A stretch of 64,000 nucleotides of DNA from Anthoceros angustus (lineage: Eukaryota > Plantae > Anthocerotophyta): assembly GCA_010909165.1 (NCBI GenBank), contig MU008177.1, positions 372,001-436,000 on the forward strand. Direction: 5' to 3'. The position numbers and the translations under genes are program-made. Below, piece by piece: positions 1-11,054 of the stretch. Position 1 is the stretch's first letter. Each line of letters opens with the position of its first letter. Under the pieces are notes generated by a model that was not told the DNA's origin, did no database searches, and saw only the letters and a list, made by a program, of their open reading frames with translations.

Positions 1-1771
1 AGTACTGTAGAGATGAAGAGCTTGCTGAGCCATACCCTGCTGAGAATATCCTGCTATCATGGCATTCCATGTCACCACATCCTTTGCATCAAGTCCATCA
101 AACACACTCTGGGCATCCTCTAGACTTCCACACTTCGCATACATGTTTACCAAGCTACAACTTACAACCATATCAGCGCCAACTCCTAGCCTTCTAATCT
201 CTGCATGAAGCTGCTTCCCTTTCTTCAAAGCTTCAGGACCCACACTAGCACACGCTTGCAGCAGGGACACAAATGTCACAGAAGTAGGTGCGGGATTCCC
301 ACCTGCTCGCATAGCACTGTACAGACGAAGAGCCTCTTGACCCTGCCCTTGCTGGGAATACCCAGCTATCATAGAATTCCACGTCACCACATCTTTCTGA
401 TCAAGCCCGTCAAACACCCGTCTTGCTTCTTCCAAACTTCCACACTTTGCATACATGTCCACCAAGCAACTACTTACAAACAAATGAGGCACAGCCCCAC
501 TGGCCAACACATCCGCATGCACATGCTGCCCTGTCTTCAAGTCCGCTACCCTGGCACAAGCCTGTAGGGCTGCTACAAACACATGGCCATCTGGCTTCAC
601 ACTTGACCTGCACATCTGATGATACAGCTGTATGGCCTTCTTAGCTTGACCTTGCTTGACATGCGCAGTGATGATGGCAGACCACATGAAGGCATCTGGT
701 TTGTCAACCTCGGCAAACACTTCCATAGCGTCTTGCAACCTGCCATGGTAAGCATACATGCGCAGGATGTGTGTGCCCAGGAACGTGTCCGACTGATACC
801 CCATTTCCACCGAGAAAGCATGCACTCGGCGACCCAAATCAAAATCCTTCTTGGCCACACATTTCTTCAGGACAGTATAAAATAGGGGGATGGAAATACT
901 ACTGCCCGACCGCACCAGGAGTCCCAAAGCCTCCACAGCGTCAGCCACTCGCCCCTGCTGGCACAGCTTCGTCACTGTTTCAGCCGTGACGCCTCTTTCG
1001 CATCCTGCAGGCCGGGAACCAGAATCATCCGGCAAGCTAGAGCAGGAATTAGGGGCACGACGACCCATCTGTAAATCGAGAGCAGACAGCTGCGCATCCA
1101 CCCAGGCTGGTTTCTCGAAATTGTCAAGCCAGAGTACTTCGCGGGACTCCCTGTGCCGGAAGTGAGGGGGACGGAAGCTCTTCTTATCCTGCCTACTGTC
1201 CAACCACAGGGTGTCATCCGCAAAACATTGTCGCCACAACAGCTCCTGCCTCCCTCTCTTGCTGGAAGGTCTTTTTACAACAACTGGCCGCGCTGAGCTC
1301 GTTGCCAGGCTCCTGCTCCTCAGAGCTTTGTTTTTGAGGTTCCCTTGCCAAACAGGGGCACTTCCTGGATCAATTGGACTGTATCTGGTCCAGAAATGCT
1401 GATGCCTGAAGAGGCCCAGTCGCGCGCTGGCAACGACCCCGGTAGCCATGATCAACCAATCGATCCAAGCCCGAGCTCCATTTCTCAAGATGCTGGACTC
1501 TCCGGTCCATATCCACACACAGTGTCGGAGACCGGATACCTTCTACCCTAATCCCATCCACCTCTTGCCAGAGCTCCTCGGCTGCTTGTGAATTCAATGT
1601 TCCTGCAACCCTTTTTTTCCTTGGCTGGGCCAAAGTTCGCCGTGCTCGCAGAGAGTGGGCAACAGCCAGAGTAAGGACCCGACCGAGCCCTTGACATGAC
1701 AACATTTCCAAGCATTGAAAAGCATGGCGTGCAATTGAGGATTTGGTATCAGTAGGCTTTGTTCGGCACAT
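1..1771 (-). CDS. PLS-class pentatricopeptide repeat protein (PPR-A), runs off the left end of the window; one frameshift near 1170; start position uncertain
   Basis: Manual minus-strand translation from about 1140 to 1 is open: EVLWLDNFEKPAWV...KLCQQGRVADAVEALGLLV...[42 protein letters not shown]. These are P-L-S triplets with the same N-terminal extension (GRQELxWR, WLxxFEKPAWVD) as the gene at 24483-26770. Absent from the ORF track because no stop lies in the window. Confidence 0.9.
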
Positions 1772-2039
1772 TACGATCAGACATCAGCATCTCTGGCTAT
1801 GCTACTTCGCAGTCTTAGCTTCGCACTGTGCTAAATCTGTGCCAGCTACGAAGAATCTGGTCGTGGAGGTAGGCTGCAGGGGGCCATGGATGTGTTCAGC
1901 TGGGTGGGCTAACCAATTGCCTTACTCTGGCTTTTCATAATCTCCGCACGCGGCATGGGAGACCTAATGAGGTGATCCACCTGCACCACGAAGTGCGATG
2001 GTCAGGAGTGACGGTCTTTTCACCTCCTTATAGCTGCAC

Positions 2040-2200
2040 TTCAAGGTTGCGGAACATGAGGGCCTCGTTCCGGCTGAGCATGTTATTTTTGTTGGTCTTC
2101 TGAAGGCCTGTGCAAGCAATAGTGCCTTTCAGCTGGGCAGGCAGCTTCACTCACAGACTCAAGCCAGAGGCGGGTGGACATGTAAACAAAATGTGCTGAA
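2040..2200 (+). pseudogene. Isolated PPR (end of P plus L motif) relic on the plus strand
   Basis: Translates as EHEGLVPAEHVIFVGLLKACASNSAFQLGRQLHSQ, a typical L motif (F..LLKAC...GRQLH), with no flanking repeats. Confidence 0.65.
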
Positions 2201-2766
2201 CTGAAAGCCTGGACGCCAGAGCCGGCATCTTTCCAAACTCTGCCCTCGGCAGCATTCGCTCGAGGCTGCCGATCGCGACCAGCTCCCGAGCGAGCCGATC
2301 CGCGGCTCCCGATGAGCTACAGCGTCTCCATCTTCAGCCTCAGCTTCCGCCCTAGCAAACCCTCCTTCCGCAACCCCTCGCCTCCCGCAACCCCTTCCAC
2401 CGTCATTCCGATCGTCACCGTCACCCGAGGCAGCGGGAGCGGAGGCATCCGCGCAGCGCCACCTGCCCGACATGCCAATGGAGTCCCGAACCCGCCCCTG
2501 GTATCCTCGCAACCGCCACACCCCGAGGTGCTCAGCTGCTTCAGCACGGCATCTCTCATGCAGATATGCAGCTAGCTGCTCTCACAAAGCAGCTGCATAA
2601 TTTTTTGTCCCTCACCATCAAACTGGATCGTGGCGGATGATTACGACCTCGCGGGCCTGTTCTCAACATGCACATAATCTGTGGTGCCTCTCCATCCAAC
2701 TGGATCGTGGCGGATGATTGTCACCCCCTCCGAGGGTACGAAAGACGCCTGCAACGGCTCGCCTTA

Positions 2767-2850
2767 GGAAGACTATGTCAGCAGGGCCAGATCGCTGGAG
2801 GCTGTCGAGGCTTTGGGAGTTTTGGTTCCGAAACTTCTCTTTCACACAGT
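2767..2850 (+). pseudogene. Frameshifted relic of the first repeat of this PPR family, inverted relative to the PPR genes
   Basis: ctatgtcagcagggccagatcgctggaggctgtcgaggctttgggagttttgg resembles the LCQQG..EAVEALG.LV segment of PPR-A (minus strand, about 917-968) and PPR-B. Confidence 0.65.
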
Positions 2851-3246
2851 TGTTGTAATGAACTAGAAAATCCTTCATTACATCAGGTGCTGAAGCTAGA
2901 GGTTCTTATAGTTTGTATGTGAGGATCAAAGGATCTAGGACTAATCGTAGACTAGTTTAATTATGCCGTGGTTATGTTCTAGTTGAGTTTTACGTGCTAT
3001 GTATGTAGTGTCCACCCATACGATATCCCCTTGTCCTGTTCCGTTAACACACTTCCCGGTCCGTTAGAGCACCCTGTCCGTTACATGGCGTAAGGGTGAA
3101 GGCCAGTGGTTACCAAGCGGCATCTGACGAAGGCTAGTGATGTCATAAGATGAGGAACTTCCTTTTACCTTGTAATCTCTTGTGGCTGAGCACATGTGAT
3201 CACTCCAATTTGCACGGCCCAGTTCATCAGGGTACTACTTGATACG

Positions 3247-6200
3247 TCAAAGCATAGTAACCACTGAAACAATGGGCTCTGCATGCTTGACATCCCCCAC
3301 CACAAAGCTATGCACCAGGCCATCCATGTCTGTCCACCAGCTCTGGCCTGGCTGCTTCCATGCCCCAATTCCTAGTCGCTTAGCCTGCACCTCCTGTGCC
3401 TCCTTCCACATATGTGCACCAGTATATATATTCGCCATCAAGACATATGCTGCGGCATCTTTTTCGTCCAACTTCACAGCTTCAAGAAAAGCTGCAACTC
3501 CCACCTCCACGTTGCTCCACTTTTGACAAGCAGCCAGTAAACTATGCCAAGCTGAAGCAGGAGGCACGACAGGCATTGTCCTTACCACCACTAGAGCCTC
3601 CTCAAGTTGGCCAGCACGGCCTAGGAGGTCCACCATGCAAGAGTAGTGCTCGGCAGTGGGAGTTATGCTAAACTGTCTGCTCATAGCCTCAAAGTACTCT
3701 AGCCCCTTCCTTACTAGACCCGCATGACTGCACACTGTTAGTAGACTCAGGAACGTGATGCCATTTGGATGTATGCCATCCTCTCCCATTTTCTGAACGG
3801 AGGTGAAGACCTGTTTATTATCCCCTTGACGGGTGTATCCTGCAATCAGTGCATTCCAGGCAACAATGTCTCTTTCAGGTAGTACATCAAACACCTGCTG
3901 TGCATCAGCCATGCTCCCAGACTTGGCATACATGTTTATCAAGCTCACAGCTACAAAGGCATCAGTTTGAAGCCCTTGCTTTTCAATCTCAGAGTGAAGC
4001 TGCTTTCCTGCATGCCAAGCTGCCATGTCTGCAAATACCTGCAGTAGGCAGGAAAATGTTACAGAATCAGGTGCAGCAGACCCTTCTGCTTGCATAGCAG
4101 CATAAAGATGAAGCGCTTTGTCACCTTTGCCTTGCTGGGAATATCCTGCTATCATGGCATTCCATGTCACCACATTTTTTTTATCAAGTTCATCAAACAC
4201 GCTCTGGGCATCTGGCAAGCTGCCACACTTTGCATACATGTTCACCAAACTGTTGGCTACAAAGACATCAGCTTGAAGCCCATGCTCCTCAATCTCTACA
4301 TGCAGCTGCTTCCCCTTCTCCAAAGCTGGGGCACCCACAGTTGCGCATGCTTGCAGAAGAGATGCAATAACAGAATCGGGTGGCGCCATGCCTTCCTCTC
4401 GCATGCTTGTGTAAACATGAAAAGCTTCCAGACCCTTCCCCTGCTGGGAATATCCTGCAATCATTGCATTCCATGTCACCACGTCCTTTTGGCAAGTTCA
4501 TCGAACACAGTTTGGGCATCCTCTATGCTCCCACACCTTGCATACATGCTTACCAAACTGTTAGCTACAAACACATCAGCCTGAAGTCCTTGTTCTTCAA
4601 TCTGGGTGTGAACATGCCTCCCTTCTCCAATGCTGGGGTACCCATACTTGCACATGCCTGCAGGATTGCCACATATGTCACCACGTTGCTCCACTTTTGA
4701 CAAGCAGCCAGTAAACTATGCCAAGCTGAAGCAGGAGGCACACAGGCATTGTCCTTACCACCACTAGAGCCTCCTCAAGTTGGCCAGCACGGCCTAGGAG
4801 GTCCACCATGCAAGAGTAGTGCTCGGCAGTGGAGTTATGCTAAACTGTCTGCTCATAGCCTCAAAGTACTCTAGCCCCTTCCTTACTAGACCCGCATGAC
4901 TGCACACTGTTAGTAGACTCAGGAACGTGATGCCATTTGGATGTATGCCATCCTCTCCCATTTTCTGAACGGAGGTGAAGACCTGTTTATTATCCCCTTG
5001 ACGGGTGTATCCTGCAATCAGTGCATTCCAGGCAACAATGTCTCTTTCAGGTAGTACATCAAACACCTGTGCATCAGCCATGCTCCCAGACTTGGCATAC
5101 ATGTTTATCAAGCTCACAGCTACAAAGGCATCAGTTTGAAGCCCTTGCTTTTCAATCTCAGAGTGAAGCTGCTTTCCTGCATGCCAAGCTGCCATGTCTG
5201 CAAATACCTGCAGTAGGCAGGAAAATGTTACAGAATCAGGTGCAGCAGACCCTTCTGCTCGCGTAGCAGCATACAGATGAAGGACTTTGTGACCTTCGCC
5301 TTGCTGGGAGTATCCTGCTATCATGGCATTCCATGTCACCACATTTTTTATCAAGTTCATCAAACACGCTCTGGGCATCTGGCAAGCTGCCACACTTTGC
5401 ATACATGTTCACCAAACTGTTGGCTACAAAGACATCAGCTTGAAGCCCATGCTCCTCAATCTCTACATGCAGCTGCTTCCCTTCTCCAAAGCTGGGGCAC
5501 CCACAGTTGCGCATGCTTGCAGAAGAGATGCAATAACAGAATCGGGTGGCGCCATGCCTTCCTCTCGCATGCTTGTGTAAACATGAAAAGCTTCCAGACC
5601 CTTCCCCTGCTGGGAATATCCTGCAATCATTGCATTCCATGTCACCACGTCCTTTTTGGCAAGTTCATCGAACACAGTTTGGGCATCCTCTATGCTCCCA
5701 CACCTTGCATACATGCTTACCAAACTGTTAGCTACAAACACATCAGCCTGAAGTCCTTGTTCTTCAATCTGGGTGTGAACATGCCTCCCCTTCTCCAATG
5801 CTGGGGTACCCATACTTGCACATGCCTGCAGGATTGCCACATATGTCACCACGTTGGGCGCATGGGTGCCACCTTTTTGCATAGCTCTGTACAGATCCAG
5901 GGCTTCCTCTCCAAAACCCTGCTGAGAGTATCCCGTTATCATTGCATTCCATGACACCACAGTTTTCTGACTAAATCCATCAAACACATTCTGAGCATCA
6001 TGGAGGCTGCCGCACTTCCCGTACATGTTTACCAAACTGTTAGCTACATATCCATCACCTTGAAGTCCCTTTTCTTGAATCTGTGAATGAAGGTGCTTGC
6101 CCTTCTCCAAAGCTGCGGTGCCCACACTTGCACATGCTTGCAGGAGGCAAGCAAATGTCACAGCATCTGGTGGAGCCATGCCTTCTTGTTGCATATCACT

Positions 6201-8090
6201 GTAGAGACGGAGGGCTTCCTCACCCCTACCTTGCTGGGAATATCCTGCTATCATGGCATTTCATGTCACCACAGTCTTCTGATGGAGACCCTCAAACACA
6301 ATTTCAGCATCCTCTAAGCTGCCACACTTGGCATACATGTTTATCAAACTATCCGCAACAAACAAATCAGCTTGGAGACCTTGTTGTTCAATCTGAGCAT
6401 GAAGATGCTTTCCCTTCTCCAATCCTGAGGTACCCTCACCTGTGCATGCATGCAGGAGGGATACAAATGTCACAGAATCGGGTGCAGTGGTGCCTTCCTC
6501 TTGCATAATGCTGTACAGACGAAGGGCTTTCTGACCCATGCCACGCTGCGAATATCCTGCTATCATCGCATTCCATGCCACCACAGATTTGGCACCAAGC
6601 TTGTTGAAAAGGCTTTCAGCATCCTCCAGGCTGCCACACTTTACATACATGTTCACCAAACTGTTCGCCACAAATGCATTAGCTCCAAGTCCCTGTTCTT
6701 CAATTTCAGCATGTAGCTGCTTCCCCTTGTTCACTGCTAAGGCGCCCATACTTGCACATGCCTGCAGGAGGCACACAAATGTCACAGTGTCGGATGAAGC
6801 AAAACCTTCTTTTCGCATAGCATGGTGAAGATAAAATGCTTGCTCACCCATGCCCTGCTGGGAATATCCTGCTATCATGGCATTCCATGTCACCACGTCT
6901 TTTTGACTGAGTCCATCAAACACACCCTGGGCATCCTCTAGGCTTCCGCACTTGGCATACATGTTGACCAAGCTGCAACCTACAACCCCATCAGCCTGAA
7001 ATCCTTGTTCTCTAATCTGAACGTGAAGGTCCTTCCCTGTTCTCAAAGCTGGGGCACCCACACTTGCACAAGCCTGGAGAAGGCTGATAAATATCACAGA
7101 ATCAGGTGCACTAATGCCTCCTTCCTGCATAGCACTGTAAAGATGAAGGGCTTCCTGACCCATGCCCTGCTGGGAATATCCTGTTATCAAAGCAGTCCAT
7201 GTCACCACATCTTTCTCACGAAGTTCGTCAAATATTTTGTGAGCGTCTCTCATGCTGCCACACTTTGCATACATGTCCACCAAGCAACTAGAAACAAACA
7301 GATTAGGCTCACCACCACTGGCCAGCACATCCATATGCACCTGCTGCCCAGCTTTCAAGTCTGCTCCCCTTGCACAAGCCTGTAGAGCTGCTACAAACAC
7401 ATGGCTATCTGGTTTCACATTTGACCAGCGCATCTGGTGATACAGGTGTATGGCTTCCTTAGCTCGTCCATATTTGACTTGTGCACTAATTACGGAAGAC
7501 CAGGTAAACGCATCTGGTTCGGAAACCGTGGTGAACACATCCATGGCTTCTTGCAACCTGCCATGAGAAGCATACATTCGTAAAATATGGTTGCACAGGA
7601 ACGTGTCTGACTCATACTCGCCCTCCACGGCGAGAGCATGGACACGACGACTCAGAACCAGGTCCTTCTTGGCCACACATTTCTTCAGGACAGTATAAAA
7701 GAGCGAACACGAAGCCTGACTGTCCGTCTGCACCAGAATTCCCAGAGCCTCAACAGCTTCACTCAGCCACCCCTGCTGACATAACTCGCTCACATTTTCA
7801 ACAGTTGCAACCCTCTCCCATCCTGCATGCCTGCGAAGTTCAGAATTGTCCGAAAACATCCCTCTGGGTGTAATGCCACAGCCTCCCATCTGCGGACGGG
7901 CAACTTGTACAAGGCTGCTGAGCCTGCAGGGTCTGTTGTTGGCGAGTTGTGCACATTTCGAAGTCAGGCACGTGGCTCCTGTTCGAGGAACACCCGTTAC
8001 CCCACCAATTTGGGTCCAAACAAGCTGCTGCCACAAGCGGCCCTGTCGACCTGTCTGCAAGAGAGCTCGCAGGCTCCAGGCAGCCATCAC
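3247..8090 (-). CDS. PLS-E/E+ PPR protein (PPR-B), putative RNA-editing specificity factor without DYW domain; contains an internal duplication and homopolymer frameshifts
   Basis: ORFs 6261-8090, 5463-6254, 4794-5402, 4476-4703 and 3247-4482 are consecutive P-L-S triplets ending in L2-S2-E1-E2 ([18 protein letters not shown]; [11 protein letters not shown]) and a PG-box-like [20 protein letters not shown], then stop. Confidence 0.93.
3507..5856. repeat. Direct tandem duplication of about 1.17 kb inside PPR-B
   Basis: 3507-4688 and 4681-5856 are near identical. The junction at 4681-4688 is the shared 8-mer CCACGTTG, also present at 3507 and about 5849. Confidence 0.9.
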
Positions 8091-8187
8091 TCGCAGCTGA
8101 ACGCATGGGCTCGGTCCTGAACCATAAGCCCAGCTCCATCACGTTGAGCAGGTGCGGGCAGCCACGAGCATTGGTACCCTGATGGCA

Positions 8188-8390
8188 GTGGAGGATCCAG
8201 CTCTGCGTGGCGACTTCAAGCAGGAGGCAGAGGGGAGATAGGTGGACATCGCCGTCTCGTGCGTGCCCATCTCCACCGCCGCCAGGCCCACAATGAGCGA
8301 GGTGCTGGCGGAGCTTCCCCAGACCCTGGAGACGGAGTTTGGGGGCGATGAAGGTGGGAGAGATTCCCACAGCGGCAGCGGCACCAACCG
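8188..8390 (+). pseudogene. C-terminal fragment of a receptor-like protein kinase
   Basis: VEDPALRGDFKQEAEGR*VDIAVSCVPISTAARPTMSEVLAEL matches the RLK/Pelle subdomain XI pattern (DP.L.G.F....vdIA..CV.....RP.MSEV..EL); internal stop and no upstream kinase domain. Confidence 0.75.
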
Positions 8391-8742
8391 GTCTTCCGAC
8401 ATGTGTGTCCCTCTGGCTAGTCACAGACATTGGTGACCAGCCTTACCAGATCTTCCACAGCAATGAGGTCCCTCAAGCTCCGTAAAAGCATGTATGGTGC
8501 AAGTGATCACGCTCTCTCCCCATATCATTCTGGCGGCGAGCGTGATCAATGCCAATCTGCCTTCCCGAGGCGAAGCACGAGATTTTTCAAGCGTAGGCAG
8601 CCTGATGCAGACTTAGATTTTCGACGGGCATGTAACGATTCACAGATTTTCATCTGAGAGCGCTGCCTGATGGGGGATTTTATGAAGACTGTACAATTTT
8701 TAAGCCCTTTTTGCTGGGATTTTATGTACCGCGAACCGAGCC

Positions 8743-9962
8743 AAGAAGCAAGAAGGAGAAGGAGAAGGAGAAGAAGAAGTATATTAAAGTCCACTAAGGA
8801 CGGAATTTTCGTCATGGATTGATATAATAAAGATACATAAAAGCATTTACGTTTAATCGCTATTTTGAATTTGACCTTAATATTGGTGGTGTGAAGTATA
8901 TCAAATATCTGGCAGGTTGAAAATTTGGATATTCTCTGGTATTGAAATCCCACATTTGTTTCAAGCATACACTTGTGAGAATAGGATCAAGAAAAGAGAA
9001 GAAACTTCGGACCGGAGGCTGAGCTGCTGTGAATAAGTTGGCAAAAGCATTCTTGATATCTTTGTAGACCCCTTGGGCAAAAGAAAAAAAAGTGTTCCTC
9101 AGTCTCAACATCCATGTTGCTTAACCTGCATATTCTGGTCTCCTTAGTGAAGGATCGTATGGCAGCCCATGATGATGGAAAGAGGAGAGGAGAGGAGGAG
9201 GCAAGTGTAACTCTTTCACCTTGAGATGAGGGTTTGGAGGGTATAAATACCCTCCAACAGGGCTCTCTAGGAAGCTCCACAAGAAGCCCCTAGGAAGGAG
9301 CACAAGAAGCTTTCTAGTGATTAGCTTAAGCTAAACTAATGATACTTAACTGACACCTAACTTAGACTAAGTGTATTAGTCTAAGTACATTGGGCTTTAA
9401 TACCCTTACACTTAGGTGTCCTTAGATGCAGCCCTCTATCAATCTCAATCCTGAGACAGTGAGACCCCACATGAAAATGACCTATAATCATCATAAGGTG
9501 GAAAAACACGTGGTTGCGAAGATAGAGTGGAAGCAAGGGTCTCCCGGACATGGAGAGGATACGGAAATTTTTTTCGTAAGTTTTGGAGTTTAGTGGGTAC
9601 TTGGATTGAAAAGTGAATTGCAATTCACTGCGAATGGACCTATTGGAAGGAGGAGGCAATGATTGGAAGAGGGGGTGGGTTGGAAGACTTTTGGGACAGA
9701 AGTCAAGCTTTTCGAGCCAAGCAAAAGATTGGGCATACCAGCAAGTCTTGCTACCTACATACGCTAACTTCCAGGAGTTAGTGGACTGAGCTTCTTCTAA
9801 AGAATAGAGACGGTACAAGAAGTTGGATAAACGAAATAGACCCTCAGGCTCAACCAGGAAAGTGACAAACTGTGCAAGAAAGATGGCAGGGTCCGAACTT
9901 GTTATAAAAGATATGCGGCCGAAGAAAGGATGTCTAAACCTATTCCACATTGCTTCAATCAT
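8743..9962 (-). mobile_element. 5'-truncated RTEX-like non-LTR retrotransposon (3' end of ORF2, 3' UTR and TTC-type tail), interrupted by a solo LTR
   Basis: IIGHFHVGSHCLRIE...KETRICRLSNMDVETEEHFFFFCP is the RxGSH.LRIE..R...R.C..C...E.E.HF...C C-terminal signature. The 3' UTR carries the CCATGACG..CGTCC motif followed by a (TTC/TCC)n tail at 8743-8779. Clade assignment is from recalled family motifs. Confidence 0.78.
9148..9410. mobile_element. Solo LTR (263 bp) inserted in the LINE
   Basis: Starts TGAAGG and ends CCTTACA, flanked by a perfect 5-bp TSD CTTAG (9143-9147 and 9411-9415). Contains an internal TATAAATA. The LINE reading frame is collinear across the insertion. Confidence 0.85.
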
Positions 9963-10029
9963 TCTGCGAAAAATAAGAGCCCCATAACTCTAAAGCATGG
10001 GCATCTAAAACATCCGAGCATACATAACG

Positions 10030-10362
10030 ACGGGAACAACAACTTTGTTGAACAACCACTCCTAAGTGGGGATGTCCTTGATCTGCATCGCATTGCCTCC
10101 GAACCCAAGGCCAAAATGGTGGGAACAATAACTTTGTTGAATAATCACTCCTGAGTGGGGATGTCCTTGATATGCATCACATTGCCTCCGAACCCAAGGC
10201 CAAAGCGAAAATCCTGCCACATCGCAGAAAGACCTTGATATGCATCACATTGCCTCCGAACCCAAGGCCAAAGCGAAAATCCTGCCACATCGCAGAAAGA
10301 CCTTGATATGCATCACATCCGAACCCAAGGCCAAAGCGAAAATCCTGCCACATTGCAGAAAG
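10030..10362. repeat. Compound minisatellite: two 89-bp units then three 68-bp units sharing the core CCTTGATATGCATCACATTGCCTCCGAACCCAAGGCCAAA
   Basis: Core starts at 10076, 10165, 10233 and 10301. Confidence 0.9.
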
Positions 10363-10751
10363 AACAACGCACATTGGAGGGGTTGACGTCGATTTCTCCG
10401 ACCCAAGATGACATCATCCCGAGTTTGCGACATGACGATGACAATGGACATCTTCCCTGCAGGGCCCGTTTTCATTAACGAGTTTGCGACACCACGAAAT
10501 TAAGGGCTGGCCAACCCACTTCCCGTCAACCGGTGTTAACCTTATTCGCAAGTATCGGTAATCACCGCCTTCATGGGTCCGGATCGTGAAGCTGTGTCCG
10601 AACTTCGCATGTAAACCCGGAAAAACCATACATTTAGATTGATTTCGTTGTGAAAATGCCACGACTTCATGCTCAAGTCCGGGTCAGGACTCCGGCCTTT
10701 CGAAAAATAAGGAAAGCAGAAGAAAACGCCGTTCTCCGCCTTGTACACGTC

Positions 10752-10822
10752 TGCACCGGCCGGGAATCGAACCCGGGTCTGTACCGTGGCAGGGTACTAT
10801 TCTACCACTAGACCACCGGTGC
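10752..10822 (-). tRNA. tRNA-Gly(GCC): tRNA-Gly (anticodon GCC)
   Basis: Reverse complement GCACCGGTGGTCTAGTGGTAGAATAGTACCCTGCCACGGTACAGACCCGGGTTCGATTCCCGGCCGGTGCA gives a complete cloverleaf with A and B boxes; T-run terminator about 25 nt downstream. Confidence 0.98.
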
Positions 10823-11054
10823 TTCGTGACAATCTGTGTGTATTTTATTGTTTAGAGACAATTATTACTCTGGCTCTTGTCCATCTTGGACCAAAGGAGC
10901 TCTGTTTCTTCTGTTCCTAATCAATATGGTGTATACCTTGTGGTGCCTTTTTTGTCAAAACTTGCAGCCAGGTTTGACTTGCAGCCAGGTTTGACTTGCA
11001 GCATGCCATACTTCATGTTTGACTTGCTGCATGCCATACTTCATATTTTATATA

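Noticed and set aside
2918-3150. LTR relic starting TGTGAGG
   Set aside because: No CA terminus with a matching target-site duplication found.
3100-3250. DYW deaminase domain after PPR-B or PPR-C
   Set aside because: No HSE/HxE or CxxC...DYW-like motif in any frame downstream of the PG-box-like segment.
10030-10362. Possible CRISPR-like array
   Set aside because: Units are contiguous tandem copies without unique spacers; eukaryotic context and no cas genes.
10600-10751. Dicistronic tRNA-Gly-snoRNA as known in angiosperms
   Set aside because: A T-run follows about 25 nt after the tRNA and no C box (RTGATGA) is present downstream.
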